Sequence record: PQ356294.1 | Origin: Escherichia phage Ec_YwIITB1 | Length of the DNA stretch: 64,000 nucleotides | Direction: 5' to 3' (one strand) | In this document: positions 1 to 10,561 of the stretch, piece by piece | Layout of the letters: every line of letters starts with the position of its first letter | Position numbering within the stretch: position 1 is the first letter of the stretch | Made by a program: the position numbers and the translations under genes | Notes under the pieces: model-generated | Seen by the model: only the letters and a program-made list of their open reading frames with translations | Databases searched by the model: none | Told to the model about the DNA's origin: nothing

Positions 1-788
1 TCAATAGAATAAATTTCTTTACTACCGTACATATTTTGAATTAGTTTAGATTTTACTCGACCGATTGGAGAGAAACGTTTCATACTACGTTCACCGAGAA
101 CCATTTTAACGCGATTCATGATATACGGAACGTCAAATCCCTCAATATTCCAACCAGTAAAAATAGCAGGTCGTTTCTGTTCCCAAAGATTAATATATTC
201 CATGAGCATATCACGCTCATTATCAAATGGCATATAAATTACTCGGTCAAGAATTTCTTGAGGAACTTCATCACCACCTTCACAGTCAAGCTTAGCAGCT
301 AACTTTGCGTCCCATTTTGATACTGAACCGTACATTGAATTCAACAAATCAAAGACGTAAAAACGATCGTCAATTGAATCATAATGAGTGATAGCATCAA
401 TTTCATATTCTGCTTTCATTGGGTCAGGAAATTTATCACCAGTAACCTCAATGTCACAGTTAGCTACACGAACAAATTTTCGGTCATAAACAATTTCTGA
501 ACCATATGTATCACTGATATAAGCGAGTTTAAAATCGTTCATACCGAGAGCTTCGAGACCAATGTCTTCCATTCGTTTCATCCAGTCTCGTGCATCTTTC
601 ATTGATGGAAATTTTTGAGGAGCACAATTTTTACCATAAATGTCTTTGTATTTTGACTCTTCCTTACAATGCCTAAACATAGTCGGAAGATATTCTACTT
701 CGCGAGTACGTTCCTTTCCACTTTCATCAATATAACGCTCAACAATATTATTTCCGACTGTTTCGATAGAGATATAAAATTCTTTCAT
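1..788 (-). CDS. 43: DNA polymerase gp43, N-terminal portion (gene continues past window start)
   Basis: Open minus-strand frame from ATG at 786-788 to the window edge; translation MKEFYISIETVGNN... matches T-even family B polymerase N-terminus from recall. Confidence 0.9.
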   Translation of the reverse strand, partial: MKEFYISIETVGNNIVERYIDESGKERTREVEYLPTMFRHCKEESKYKDIYGKNCAPQKFPSMKDARDWMKRMEDIGLEALGMNDFKLAYISDTYGSEIVYDRKFVRVANCDIEVTGDKFPDPMKAEYEIDAITHYDSIDDRFYVFDLLNSMYGSVSKWDAKLAAKLDCEGGDEVPQEILDRVIYMPFDNERDMLMEYINLWEQKRPAIFTGWNIEGFDVPYIMNRVKMVLGERSMKRFSPIGRVKSKLIQNMYGSKEIYSI

Positions 789-806
789 AGATATTCCTTA
801 GTTTAT

Positions 807-824
807 AGCCCGAGTTATTAGGCT
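807..824 (-). promoter_or_regulatory. 5'UTR hairpin of gene 43 mRNA (AGCC-UAAUAACUCG-GGCU), candidate gp43 translational operator
   Basis: Inverted repeat just upstream of the gene 43 SD/ATG; T4 gp43 is known to autoregulate through an operator hairpin at this position. Confidence 0.5.
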
Positions 825-832
825 CTTGATAT

Positions 833-838
833 ATTATA
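833..838 (-). promoter_or_regulatory. -10 hexamer TATAAT upstream of gene 43
   Basis: Minus-strand TATAAT about 45 nt upstream of the gene 43 start. Confidence 0.35.
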
Positions 839-846
839 CTCCAAAT

Positions 847-864
847 AAGGGGCCGAAGCCCCTT
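847..864 (-). terminator. GC stem-loop with UUCG tetraloop downstream of regA
   Basis: aaggggc-cgaa-gcccctt inverted repeat; reads UUCG loop on minus strand; weak U tract. Confidence 0.45.
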
Positions 865-866
865 GC

Positions 867-1235
867 TTAATTGCCAATCGTATATTTTGGAACGAGTTTC
901 CATTCGTGTTTTTGTTTAAAAGAAATAACTCGGAAGTTATTAGTTAAATCTTTCATAAAAGTTCTTTGACCAGGAACGATTTCAATCAGTCCCCAATCTT
1001 CTAACAGCCATGCAATCGAATCACGACGAACTTCATCTTCTTCTGTCATTTCAACCTGACGGCCATCCATACGAAGCATTTCTTTAAAATGGACGATATA
1101 GTATAGTCCTTTTTTCTGAAGAATGTGGCAGGACTGATACAGAACTTTATCTTTATTATTAGCAATTCCCATACGAGTCAAGGTTTCTTTTACTTTCAGA
1201 AAATCTTCAGGTTTTTTAAGAGTAATTTCAATCAT
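867..1235 (-). CDS. regA: RegA translational repressor
   Basis: 122 aa ORF; sequence and position between 62 and 43 as in T4. Confidence 0.9.
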   Translation of the reverse strand: MIEITLKKPEDFLKVKETLTRMGIANNKDKVLYQSCHILQKKGLYYIVHFKEMLRMDGRQVEMTEEDEVRRDSIAWLLEDWGLIEIVPGQRTFMKDLTNNFRVISFKQKHEWKLVPKYTIGN

Positions 1236-1236
1236 T

Positions 1237-1800
1237 TTACCATTCCAATGCTAGTTTTTTGAGTTGTTTCTGTTCTTTTACATTCTTAGTCACTTCTTTT
1301 AAAAAATCATCCGTGACTAAACCTTTTAGTTCTTTTAATACTAAAGGAAGTTTTCCATTTTTAGCAAGAATTGATTTATAGTTAATTGCATCATTTGTAT
1401 TAACTTGATACCGCTTAGCAAGTAACTTAATAATCAATACTTCGGTAGAATCTTCGACAAGTTTTGCCCATTTACCGTATCTTTTGCCCCGAGGAACAGC
1501 AGCCATCAGATAATTAAAATGGGCTTCATCGCTTAAACCTGATCCAATTAAATTCATAGCATACACAGCTGGCATGCATTCAGGAAATTGTGATAATGCA
1601 TTCTCAACCATGTATTTTGAATAATCTTTTTGAGCAATAGAGCATTTAGTTTTATTATTAATAGCTCCAATTATTTCAAAAAATTCATTTTCAGCTTTTT
1701 CCTTAAAAGAATCAGCAGCAGATTGGACAGCTGTCCAATCTTTTGAATACCAAGCAACTTGATGCTCGTTTAATTGAATATCATCTTCAAATAAGCTCAT
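1237..1800 (-). CDS. 62: clamp loader small subunit gp62
   Basis: 187 aa, T4 gene order and length. Confidence 0.9.
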   Translation of the reverse strand: MSLFEDDIQLNEHQVAWYSKDWTAVQSAADSFKEKAENEFFEIIGAINNKTKCSIAQKDYSKYMVENALSQFPECMPAVYAMNLIGSGLSDEAHFNYLMAAVPRGKRYGKWAKLVEDSTEVLIIKLLAKRYQVNTNDAINYKSILAKNGKLPLVLKELKGLVTDDFLKEVTKNVKEQKQLKKLALEW

Positions 1801-1801
1801 A

Positions 1802-2761
1802 TCACTTCCACTGCATTTCGCATGCTAATTGAATGAAAAGATATGCTAAATGTAATTCAGTATTAGCCGCAATTCCATGATACTGGTTATTTTCACCAAC
1901 AATTTCATACATACGAATAATACTTTGCGGAGTTACACGTGTATAGATTTCTTCGGCAAGTTTACCTACGAACCACGAATAATCAGCTGCATATTTTGGC
2001 GCTAAAGCTCTGAGCTGTTTAACATCTTTATTTTTGAGAGACTCAAGAACATCATCAATAGCACCACGATCGTTAGTAACCAGTGATAAAATACCAGCAT
2101 CCAAAACACCTTTAGATGAATAACTATCGAGCTCACCAATAGTTTTACGAAAATCCGGAAAATTCTTTTTAACCAAAGCTGCTACAACTTTCATATCAGC
2201 TATAGCAATTCCTTCATGCTTGCAGATTTCAGTCAATCGACGAATCATCTGCTTCATCATTTCAATTTTATCTTCATCAGTCGGTTGACCGAACGTAATA
2301 ACTCGGCAGCGTGACTGAAGCGGTTTAATAATACCATCAATATTGTTAGCAGTAATAATAATACTGCAGTTTGAACTATAAGCTTCCATAAAGGAACGAA
2401 GATGTCGTTGAGACTCTGCTAGCCCTGAACGGTCAAATTCATCAATAACGATTACTTTTTGACGACCATCAAATGAAGCTGCACTAGCAAAATTAGTCAA
2501 AGGACCACGAACGAAATCAATTTTACAGTCTGATCCATTCACAAACATCATATCAGCATTTACATCATGACACAATGCTTTTGCTACAGTTGTTTTACCT
2601 GTTCCTGGAGAAGGAGAATGAAGAATAATATGTGGAATCTTACCTTTACTTGTAATAGATTTAAAGGTTTCTTTATCAAAGGCGGGAAGAATACATTCAT
2701 CGATAGTAGATGGACGATATTTCTGTTCAAGAATGTGTTCTTTTTCATTTACAGTAATCAT
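1802..2761 (-). CDS. 44: clamp loader ATPase gp44
   Basis: Walker A GTGKT; start trimmed to ATG 2759-2761 (MITVNEK, 319 aa) with GAGGA RBS; ORF-track start is upstream. Confidence 0.9.
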   Translation of the reverse strand: MITVNEKEHILEQKYRPSTIDECILPAFDKETFKSITSKGKIPHIILHSPSPGTGKTTVAKALCHDVNADMMFVNGSDCKIDFVRGPLTNFASAASFDGRQKVIVIDEFDRSGLAESQRHLRSFMEAYSSNCSIIITANNIDGIIKPLQSRCRVITFGQPTDEDKIEMMKQMIRRLTEICKHEGIAIADMKVVAALVKKNFPDFRKTIGELDSYSSKGVLDAGILSLVTNDRGAIDDVLESLKNKDVKQLRALAPKYAADYSWFVGKLAEEIYTRVTPQSIIRMYEIVGENNQYHGIAANTELHLAYLFIQLACEMQWK

Positions 2762-2792
2762 AATTTCCTCATTCAAGTTTTAGTGTAAATTT

Positions 2793-2808
2793 AAGGGCCG
2801 AAGCCCTT
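2793..2808 (-). other. UUCG-tetraloop hairpin between genes 45 and 44
   Basis: aagggc-cgaa-gccctt inverted repeat in the 45-44 intergenic region. Confidence 0.4.
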
Positions 2809-2810
2809 TA

Positions 2811-3497
2811 TTAAAAGTCGTGGGTAGAATCAGCTTCAAGAGCTACTACATAATTCGCGTGTTCACCTTCAAATTTAGCAGCGCCTTGTTTGCCTTTTGC
2901 CCAAAGCAGAAGTTTATAATTTCCTGGTTGCATTTTCATATTTGCCATATTGATAATGAAATTAAATGTATTTTCACCGTCATAATCACCAAGAGTCAAA
3001 GAATATTTAACACGGGTCAAAGCAGAATCTTCTACTTTATTAAAACCGTTAATTACGATTTTACCTTCTTTTACTGTGATAGCAATTGTATCAATCTGCA
3101 GACCACGAGATACACGCAACAGTTGTTGAAGGTCTTCAGCTTTAATTTCAGTAACAACAGATGCTACCGGGAATGGAATTGGTTTATTAGGAGCCACTAC
3201 TGTGCTCGGATCAGCTGCTGGCCAAAAAATTGTTGAACGAGCATCAGCGATTTTAATATTTCCATCTTCTGACTGGGAAATTTCTGCATCGTCATTAACT
3301 AAGGACAGAATACCGAGAAAACCGTTCAAATCGTAAATTGCTACATCAAAATCAATAGTGTCAGAAATATTTGCTTCCGCATAAGTTGTACCATTAACTG
3401 CGCGAGTCATAATAAATTGACCAGATTTAAGCATAATGCCAGAGTTAATAGTAGCGAAATTTTTAAGCAGAGCAGTAGTATCTTTAGACAGTTTCAT
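2811..3497 (-). CDS. 45: sliding clamp gp45
   Basis: 228 aa ORF, T4 gp45 length and order. Confidence 0.9.
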   Translation of the reverse strand: MKLSKDTTALLKNFATINSGIMLKSGQFIMTRAVNGTTYAEANISDTIDFDVAIYDLNGFLGILSLVNDDAEISQSEDGNIKIADARSTIFWPAADPSTVVAPNKPIPFPVASVVTEIKAEDLQQLLRVSRGLQIDTIAITVKEGKIVINGFNKVEDSALTRVKYSLTLGDYDGENTFNFIINMANMKMQPGNYKLLLWAKGKQGAAKFEGEHANYVVALEADSTHDF

Positions 3498-3552
3498 GTA
3501 ATTTCCTTCAATTCAAGTGAGATTTAATTTTATAACTAATTTAATAAAGCAA

Positions 3553-3942
3553 TTAACGATTAAAATCGGCAGCAATTGTTTCCGCAACAAGTTGAGCAGC
3601 GACAATTAGGCGTTCATCTGCATTACCGCAATAATCGTCTTCAAGGCGCTCACCGCATGAAGTCATAATAAATTTAGCACCAGCATTTAAAGATTCTGTC
3701 GTATGTTTGCGCATTAGTTCAATCCATTTATTGCTTACTTCGCGATCGATAGCTTCATAATACGCATGACGAGCAGGTGCAGATTTAATTTTATTCTGAA
3801 TAACTTCCATTGCGTTATCAGAAAGAGACAAAACCCATGCTCGACGAATTTTATTTTGGTTTTGTGGATTTGAATCAGAACGCACATGTTTTGGCTGAAT
3901 ATCTTTTACATCAACAGTATAATTCACAGTAATTTTAGTCAT
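3553..3942 (-). CDS. rpbA: RNA polymerase binding protein RpbA-like
   Basis: 129 aa ORF between 45 and 46 as in T4. Confidence 0.6.
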   Translation of the reverse strand: MTKITVNYTVDVKDIQPKHVRSDSNPQNQNKIRRAWVLSLSDNAMEVIQNKIKSAPARHAYYEAIDREVSNKWIELMRKHTTESLNAGAKFIMTSCGERLEDDYCGNADERLIVAAQLVAETIAADFNR

Positions 3943-3951
3943 AATACACCT

Positions 3952-4140
3952 TTAGTCATAATAATCAGTAACAGTCCAAGCTTCATTTCTGTTGGACATT
4001 ATTTTCGTATATTCTGCTTTAAATGCATTCTTAAGCATAGATTCAGTAACTATATGCTCTTCATTAGAAAAATTATTTCTCAGAATATATCGTTTTATTT
4101 CAGGAATAGTTAATAGATGCTGTCCAGTTGAATATTCCAT
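3952..4140 (-). CDS. small hypothetical protein (45.2 position)
   Basis: 62 aa ORF, T4 gene order. Confidence 0.6.
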   Translation of the reverse strand: MEYSTGQHLLTIPEIKRYILRNNFSNEEHIVTESMLKNAFKAEYTKIMSNRNEAWTVTDYYD

Positions 4141-4157
4141 GTTTTTCCTCCATAGAG

Positions 4158-4181
4158 ATTATACTCTAATAAATTAAAGCA
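4158..4181 (-). promoter_or_regulatory. MotA-type middle promoter (TGCTTTA box, 11 nt, TATAAT)
   Basis: Minus strand reads aTGCTTTAatttattagagTATAAT upstream of the 45.2/rpbA/45 block. Confidence 0.5.
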
Positions 4182-4195
4182 TAATCTCTTATAAA

Positions 4196-5878
4196 TTAAA
4201 CCATTACAGTAAATCGACCAACTTTCTTCATTTGAAGATGCTGACCATATTCTTGTGGGTCATGATCTTTATGTGAAATTATAAAAACATTAGTATTTTT
4301 TAAACTATCTAAAATAGTTGAAATAGCTTTTACACCTTCAACATCAGTTGCTGAATCAAAAACTTCATCGAGAATTAGTGTGTTTATTTTAACACCTGAA
4401 ACTTTTTCAGCAATATCACGCCAAGTAAATAAAAGAGCAATATCAATTCGTGCTTTTTCACCTTCACTAAATGAAGCATAACTAAAATCTTCACGACCAC
4501 GGGATTTAATTGTCTCATTAAATTCTTCATCTAATGTAAACACATAATCCGCTTCCATTATTTTAAGATAATGGTTAATCTGCTTATTAAATAATGGAAT
4601 GTACTTTTTAATAATAGCACCTTTAATACCAGAATCTTTGAGCATATCAGTCAAAATTCCTCTGTGGTATTTTTCCATTACCAAATTAGTTTTTGTCTTA
4701 ACAATTTTATCAAGTTCTTCTTGAAGCAGTGCTATTTCATCAGCATGGTCAATAAACTCAGATGATGCTTTTTCTATAGCTGCTTTAACTTTTTTAGCTT
4801 TATCTACAGTCGTGATTAGAGATTGCTTTTTATTGCGAATATCATTTGCCAACGTCTGCTGGGTTTTAATATTATCTCGGTATTCATCAACAAGAACTTT
4901 TAAATTATCACGATGTGTTGAAAGCTGTTCAAACGAATGTGTGCATTCAGAAACTTTATCTTTAATTTTAGAAACAACTTTATCACCGGAACTTAATTGT
5001 GACAAACAGGTTGGACATAATCCACCTTCGTGATACATATTAATGACTTTATTATACGAGTCAATTTTTGATTTAATTAAAAATGCTTCTTGACCGATTT
5101 TATTAAATGCATCAGTCGGGTCTTCATCCAAAACAATATTAACTAATCTTTCATTAGCTTCTTCTATTTCCGATTTTAGCGTTCTGGCTTCTTTTGCCAA
5201 ATCATCATACATATTCTGTAGACGAGTGAGGTTATCACCAGTTAATTTTTTCTGGCGTTCAACGTTATCATTATATATTTTAATTTGCTGGATAATACTA
5301 TCTTTTTTAACATCAAGCACTTGGTTTTGTGAATTTAATTCACGTATTAGTGCTTTATTGAGCTTATCCATTTCAGCTAATGTTCCTACTTCGAGCAGGT
5401 CTTCGACAAGCTTTCTTCTTGCAGGAGTGGATAGGCCCATAAAAGGGGTATATCCAGCCGTGCCGAGTACGACGATCTGTTTGAAACTGGCGTATGACAT
5501 TCCGATAAGCTGTTCAAATTCTGCTTGGAAATCTTTACTGCTGGCAGATTCATTAAGACGTGTACCGTTAACGGTGATTTCGAAAACATTCGGTTTTTGT
5601 CCTCTTTTGATGTAGTACTTTTTTTCATCATATTCCATCCACAGTTCAACTAAAAGTTCTTTCTTATTTGTGCTGTTTATTAATTGACCTTTCTTTACAT
5701 CACGAAATGGCTTGCCAAAAAGCCCAAATGTGATGGCTTCTAACATAGTAGACTTACCACCGCCATTTCGCCCGGTAATAAGAGTTTTTTGAACCTTATC
5801 TAGTTGAATGTCAATAGGATTTCCACCTACTGACATTATATTTTGATACCTAACTCGGTTTAATTTAAAATTCTTCAC
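4196..5878 (-). CDS. 46: recombination endonuclease subunit gp46 (Rad50/SbcC-like ATPase)
   Basis: 560 aa; Walker A GRNGGGKST; central coiled coil. Confidence 0.9.
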   Translation of the reverse strand: MKNFKLNRVRYQNIMSVGGNPIDIQLDKVQKTLITGRNGGGKSTMLEAITFGLFGKPFRDVKKGQLINSTNKKELLVELWMEYDEKKYYIKRGQKPNVFEITVNGTRLNESASSKDFQAEFEQLIGMSYASFKQIVVLGTAGYTPFMGLSTPARRKLVEDLLEVGTLAEMDKLNKALIRELNSQNQVLDVKKDSIIQQIKIYNDNVERQKKLTGDNLTRLQNMYDDLAKEARTLKSEIEEANERLVNIVLDEDPTDAFNKIGQEAFLIKSKIDSYNKVINMYHEGGLCPTCLSQLSSGDKVVSKIKDKVSECTHSFEQLSTHRDNLKVLVDEYRDNIKTQQTLANDIRNKKQSLITTVDKAKKVKAAIEKASSEFIDHADEIALLQEELDKIVKTKTNLVMEKYHRGILTDMLKDSGIKGAIIKKYIPLFNKQINHYLKIMEADYVFTLDEEFNETIKSRGREDFSYASFSEGEKARIDIALLFTWRDIAEKVSGVKINTLILDEVFDSATDVEGVKAISTILDSLKNTNVFIISHKDHDPQEYGQHLQMKKVGRFTVMV

Positions 5879-6090
5879 AAAAGATTCCTTTTAATGTATC
5901 TTTTAGACCATTCTATCATATCATCATAATCTAAAAAGTATTCATCAAATTCAGCCATGCAAACAACACCTTTCGCTGCTTTTGATGTGATATAAATTAT
6001 TCCAACATATCTAGAATCTTCTTCGGTGTAATCAATATTTGCTATGAATTCATCGTTAATGTCAAATGTCGAAAACTTCACAGTATGCAT
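5875..6090 (-). CDS. small hypothetical protein (46.1 position)
   Basis: Start trimmed to ATG 6088-6090 with TAAGGA RBS. Confidence 0.55.
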   Translation of the reverse strand: MHTVKFSTFDINDEFIANIDYTEEDSRYVGIIYITSKAAKGVVCMAEFDEYFLDYDDMIEWSKRYIKRNLL

Positions 6091-6325
6091 CCTTAATACA
6101 AGATACAGCCATATCTTGTAATGATTTAGGTGTGTCATTATCTAAAATGTTGAAGTTAAAAGATACAGCCCAATCAGTGCAGACCGTAACCTTTTTAATA
6201 CAATTATCTTCAATCTCTAGCGGTTCAAACCAATATTCAATAATTTCTTTATGCCCAATATCATCTTTTACTTCGCATTCAAAATGCTGACTCATCATAA
6301 CATTTTTAAATTCATCAAAAGTCAT
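6062..6325 (-). CDS. small hypothetical protein (46.2 position)
   Basis: 87 aa ORF overlapping neighbours. Confidence 0.55.
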   Translation of the reverse strand: MTFDEFKNVMMSQHFECEVKDDIGHKEIIEYWFEPLEIEDNCIKKVTVCTDWAVSFNFNILDNDTPKSLQDMAVSCIKDAYCEVFDI

Positions 6326-7341
6326 TGTGTTGCCTCTACATATAACTGATTTGCATATTGAATAAGTGCTTCGCGGTCAGAATCAGTGATGTCTGGAATT
6401 GCATTAATGTATTCTTCCATTAACGTCTGAAGAGATTGAACTTCAACTTCTTCGCTATCATCTGACTCGACAGAGTTATCAATCTTTGACACAACTCGTA
6501 ATGAATGCACAACTTTTTCTAGTTCAGATTCGAACTTCGTCAGATTTTTGTCTACTTCAGTTACTATAACACGTACTGATAGATTTGTAAAATCTTTATA
6601 GTCAATTTTTCCCTTAAATGGATATTGAATTCGACGATGCCAGGTAGTGCTGTTTGGAATAAATTCCATTCGTTCTGTTTCTGTATCAAACATCCAGAAC
6701 CCGCGAGGGTCATTCTCGTCACCTGCAGTTAGTGTCCATGGTGTCCCAATATATCTGACGTTAGCAGCCTCAGAGATAGTATGGAAGTGACCAGACCACA
6801 CCTCTTTATAAGTCTTAAGGAAATCAGGTTCAAGACCGTGAGATTTCATTCCTTTATAAAAATAAAATCCATTCAGCTCCCAGTGACCAACACAAAAAGA
6901 AGCAGATGAAGTTTTGATGTGCTCAAGAATTTCACCAGTATTTTCTTCACACATCCAAGGAATTAAATCAATCAAACATCCGTCAAAATCTACTGTAGTA
7001 GGCTTATCATATACTTTAACATTAGGATATTTAGCCAAAAGCTCAGTAGAAGCATTTGGATGCATTACATTTTTGTAGTGGAGATCGTGATTTCCTACAA
7101 TAGTATGTAATGTGATTCCAGCATCATCAAGCATTTGAACTATTTCACGAGCGAACTCCATAGTTTTATGTGTGATTGCTTTTCGCACATCAAAAATATC
7201 GCCGTATTGAATCCATACAGTAATTCCGTTTTTCTTAGAATATTCTATTGCTTGTTTAATTCCATCAATTTGAATACCGCGAATCCACTCATCATCAGCT
7301 TTAACGCCTAAATGCCAATCACCCAAGTTTAGTATTTTCAT
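6322..7341 (-). CDS. 47: recombination nuclease gp47 (Mre11/SbcD-like phosphoesterase)
   Basis: 339 aa; metallophosphoesterase motifs (GDWH, GNHD). Confidence 0.9.
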   Translation of the reverse strand: MKILNLGDWHLGVKADDEWIRGIQIDGIKQAIEYSKKNGITVWIQYGDIFDVRKAITHKTMEFAREIVQMLDDAGITLHTIVGNHDLHYKNVMHPNASTELLAKYPNVKVYDKPTTVDFDGCLIDLIPWMCEENTGEILEHIKTSSASFCVGHWELNGFYFYKGMKSHGLEPDFLKTYKEVWSGHFHTISEAANVRYIGTPWTLTAGDENDPRGFWMFDTETERMEFIPNSTTWHRRIQYPFKGKIDYKDFTNLSVRVIVTEVDKNLTKFESELEKVVHSLRVVSKIDNSVESDDSEEVEVQSLQTLMEEYINAIPDITDSDREALIQYANQLYVEATQ

Positions 7342-7476
7342 ATATCAAGAACCGTCATTGAAATGCAAAATAAAATTATTGAAATAAATCCATCTGGAGT
7401 GCTAAAGAACCCAATCCAGCATGCTCTAGTGAATAGATAAAACGCGAGAAAAAGTACCACATATCCAAGAAATATC

Positions 7477-7500
7477 ATTATATCAAACTCCGTATAAAGC
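7477..7500 (-). promoter_or_regulatory. MotA-type middle promoter upstream of gene 47
   Basis: Minus strand reads GCTTTA + 12 nt + TATAAT. Confidence 0.45.
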
Positions 7501-7501
7501 T

Positions 7502-7519
7502 AAAGGGCCGAAGCCCTTT
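7502..7519 (-). other. UUCG-tetraloop hairpin at the a-gt stop
   Basis: aaagggc-cgaa-gcccttt inverted repeat. Confidence 0.4.
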
Positions 7520-8720
7520 ATTTTGTAATAATGTCAAACTGTTCTTTAAAGCAGAAGCTTGAATCTTGATGCTGATACAAAAATTCATAAGCTTTTTCGC
7601 GTTCACGGTCATAAAGATTTCGGTCAGATGACAGTTCTTTAATACGCTCAAATGTTGATTCCATGTCATTTTCATCAAACCAAACGATACCGCTATCATG
7701 AGAAATTAACGGAGTATTATCAACACGGAATTTTAAATTTTCACCAGTAGATTTCCAAAATACTGGAATTGTTCCGCATGCACCAAGCTCGAGATGAGTA
7801 TATTCTAAAGAACGCTGTAGATATTTTTTATCCAACTTACTCAGCTGATAACCAAATCCGGATTTACTCATGCGTTCAAGCATTTCGCTATTTACATAAC
7901 GGTCAAGAATTTGCGTTGGCAAATTAGGAGCAATTTTAATTTGGTCTACTTGATGAAGACGATAATACTCGTATGGAATTCCTTTTTCTTTAATAGGAAT
8001 GAACGCTGGAGAACGTTCCAGACCTTCCATAATAGTACTTAATCCCGCAGGTTTAAGATGTTTTTCGTGAAAATCAAACATCTGATAAAAACCTTTCCAT
8101 GTAGTCGTACGACCGATCCAACGGTTGACATTCACATTAATTTCAGAAACATCTTTCCAGTAGGTTGATCGAACCTTCGCAATATCCATAGGAGGCTGAA
8201 AGTTGTATACGGTCGGTGCTTCTTCAATATCATCAAATAGAGAAACTGTTTCTGGATACCATTCTTTCATCAGAACTTTATTAAAATCACCATTATCAGA
8301 ATGACTAAAAATAACATCAGCTCGACGAACAGTTTCTTCTAATCCCAAATTTCGGCGCAAAGAAAGAGAAGAATGGTCATGTTGATAAACTACAACACGA
8401 ACCGAAGGTTTAATGTTATCAATAATTTTTTTATAGTTATTAATAGTGTCTTCTTCTACTGAAGTAGCAGGAACTGAATTGATAATTAGAATATCACAAT
8501 CATTTACCAGCTTAAGTGTTTTATCGTATTCTTTTGCCAATAAAACCGGAATTGAAAATGATTTATAATCATGCGCGCAATTACGGGTAAATGATTTATC
8601 TTTAGCATAAACCAAAGTTACTTCATGACCATTTTTAATAAACCAATCACGCTGCTCGAGAGAAAATTTAGTTACGCCGCAACCTTCAAGACCTCGAGCC
8701 ATAAAAATGCATACTTTCAT
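7518..8720 (-). CDS. a-gt: DNA alpha-glucosyltransferase
   Basis: 400 aa; recognisable T4 AGT; position between 47 and 55. Confidence 0.85.
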   Translation of the reverse strand: MKVCIFMARGLEGCGVTKFSLEQRDWFIKNGHEVTLVYAKDKSFTRNCAHDYKSFSIPVLLAKEYDKTLKLVNDCDILIINSVPATSVEEDTINNYKKIIDNIKPSVRVVVYQHDHSSLSLRRNLGLEETVRRADVIFSHSDNGDFNKVLMKEWYPETVSLFDDIEEAPTVYNFQPPMDIAKVRSTYWKDVSEINVNVNRWIGRTTTWKGFYQMFDFHEKHLKPAGLSTIMEGLERSPAFIPIKEKGIPYEYYRLHQVDQIKIAPNLPTQILDRYVNSEMLERMSKSGFGYQLSKLDKKYLQRSLEYTHLELGACGTIPVFWKSTGENLKFRVDNTPLISHDSGIVWFDENDMESTFERIKELSSDRNLYDREREKAYEFLYQHQDSSFCFKEQFDIITK

Positions 8721-8786
8721 TTAATATCCTCATTGTTTTGGTTTATTTTACCAAAAATTTATAAAGCAATATAGGGGCCGAAGCTC

Positions 8787-8978
8787 CTATCCGCATAATA
8801 CACCATACAGAGGCTCATTAGAGCTTCTAAATTTTATACGCTTATATGTTATAGTTCCTTCTGCTTTAGCTTTATCATGAGACTCTTTAAAGAGTCTCAT
8901 CATTTCTGCTTTAGAGGAACGAATTTTATTATAATCTATTTCAGAAGTCTGGTGTTCATCTTTCACAGTTGCCACCAT
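8787..8978 (-). CDS. hypothetical protein
   Basis: 63 aa ORF, compact minus-strand array. Confidence 0.5.
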   Translation of the reverse strand: MVATVKDEHQTSEIDYNKIRSSKAEMMRLFKESHDKAKAEGTITYKRIKFRSSNEPLYGVLCG

Positions 8979-9169
8979 TTTTTGACTTGATAGGAATCAA
9001 CCCACACTTTCATATTAGGGTCTGCTCTTACAATAGGAGGATTAACTTCTTTAATTGAACTATCATGGTATTCTTTTTCAGAAATTTTCACACAAAGATG
9101 ACCGTTCAAAGATTCAGTAAATCCTGCATTAATTTTAAGACGCTTGAATTTTACGTTTGTAAGCATCAA
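8963..9169 (-). CDS. hypothetical protein
   Basis: 68 aa ORF. Confidence 0.5.
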   Translation of the reverse strand: MMLTNVKFKRLKINAGFTESLNGHLCVKISEKEYHDSSIKEVNPPIVRADPNMKVWVDSYQVKKWWQL

Positions 9170-9452
9170 TCATATCCTCAATCTGCGATCTAGTAGTCTT
9201 CCAAAGAATACTAATGAGTTCATCGTTATATGGCTGTTTTAGAATATCCCGACTTTTCTTGATAGCATATTCGTATTGAGCAAAATTATTGTTTTCAGCT
9301 GCAATCTGAGCGTGCTTATAAAGACGGTTCAGTTCGCGTTTATTTTTAGACAATAACTTATTTGCTTTTCTTTCTGCTTCAAGACGGTTCTTTTCTTCAA
9401 TAGAAGAAATAAGCTTTTCCACTTCATCATTAATTTCGGGTTTATCAGTCAT
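9135..9452 (-). CDS. hypothetical protein
   Basis: 105 aa ORF. Confidence 0.55.
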   Translation of the reverse strand: MTDKPEINDEVEKLISSIEEKNRLEAERKANKLLSKNKRELNRLYKHAQIAAENNNFAQYEYAIKKSRDILKQPYNDELISILWKTTRSQIEDMIDAYKRKIQAS

Positions 9453-9453
9453 A

Positions 9454-9672
9454 TTATTTCTCTAATATAAAATAAAAATCATCATCTGTTAAATGATACC
9501 GATAGTTTAATTCTACACCATTAGATTTAAAAGCGGTATCGTACGGATTTTCTGGATCAATATCAATGTCAAGAGCTAAAACTTCCCTGAGATACATTTT
9601 AAGTAAATAGGGAATAGCTTCAACTTCAGGTATTTCTTCCAAGAATCCGGAGAGGTTAATCGTTAGCCTCAT
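9454..9672 (-). CDS. hypothetical protein
   Basis: 72 aa ORF with ATG start. Confidence 0.55.
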
Positions 9673-10213
9673 ATAAAAAATCCAAACTAGGAGAATCGTC
9701 TACAACACTTTTCTTTTCAGCCCCCGGTGTTCTATAGGTTGATTCTTCGTAATGCGTCATTTTATCGTAGATGTCTTGAATAAAAGTTTCATCCACTAAC
9801 GCAACCATATCGTCGTCACGACTGTCATAGACATTGTGAACGAAGTAACTGTATTTCTTTGCAACTTCCTTACGTTCTTTTTTAATACGTTGGACGAATG
9901 CATTAAAACAAGCTTGAGTTATATATGCATGCGGGTTTTTATATTTCGTTTCATCAAAATTATGAAGCCCCTTAATAGAAGCTTCTATACCATCTGCAAT
10001 CATTTCTTGTTTCCAGGATTGGGTGTATCCTGAAAAGTTGAAACGTTTAGATAAGCCTTCTGCAATAAGCATAATGGCTAATCCGATAGTATCATTCTGA
10101 CGAACTACTTTATTTGGGTCTTTATTATTTGCTAATTCTGTTTTCCAATCAATAATAGCTTGTAAAAGCTCTTTATTGTTTACGTAATTATATTTAGGCT
10201 TAGTTTCTGACAT
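9656..10213 (-). CDS. 55: late sigma factor gp55
   Basis: Start trimmed to ATG 10211-10213 (MSETK, 185 aa) with GAGGTGA RBS; T4 order after a-gt. Confidence 0.85.
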
Positions 10214-10291
10214 TTTCACCTCTTAGCTCAATTCATAGATCTATTATATCATAATATTTGAAGATCTATCTTAAAGCATAGAGGATATCAA

Positions 10292-10561
10292 TTATCTAAG
10301 TAAGCAGTATGCCTGGAATACTTTTTCCATCATCTTTTTAAATTCATGAATATCTATATAATGACTAGTTAAATCAGCATGATATAAAAAGTCTAAAAAC
10401 TTTTCATGCGTGCTAGCATATTCGCTTTCATTTAATTCAGAAACATGACTTTCCCAATATCCAACACCAGTCTTATTTGGGAAAAATGAAATTTTCATGT
10501 ATTGATCAACATAGAAAATGCCATAATTTTCAATAGTAATAGAAATATTAATAAATTTCAT
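10292..10561 (-). CDS. hypothetical protein
   Basis: 89 aa ORF. Confidence 0.5.
   Translation of the reverse strand: MKFINISITIENYGIFYVDQYMKISFFPNKTGVGYWESHVSELNESEYASTHEKFLDFLYHADLTSHYIDIHEFKKMMEKVFQAYCLLR

Noticed and set aside
2567-3236. Plus-strand ORFs 2567..2788 and 2820..3236 inside genes 44 and 45
   Set aside because: They lie antisense to recognisable T4 core genes, are low-complexity and Phe/Cys-rich with no RBS; shadow ORFs.
5226-5615. Plus-strand 129 aa ORF antisense to gene 46
   Set aside because: Completely overlaps the gp46 coding sequence on the opposite strand; no independent support.
7478-7699. Minus-strand 73 aa ORF overlapping the a-gt 3' end
   Set aside because: Alternative frame within the a-gt region and terminator hairpin; the a-gt frame is the recognisable one.
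9656-10219. ORF-track N-terminal extensions (e.g. gene 55 MKMSETK, gene 44 MNEEIMITV, gene 3 plus 27 residues)
   Set aside because: The track starts are GTG/TTG or upstream ATGs without an RBS; the first ATG with a Shine-Dalgarno gives the T4-like length.
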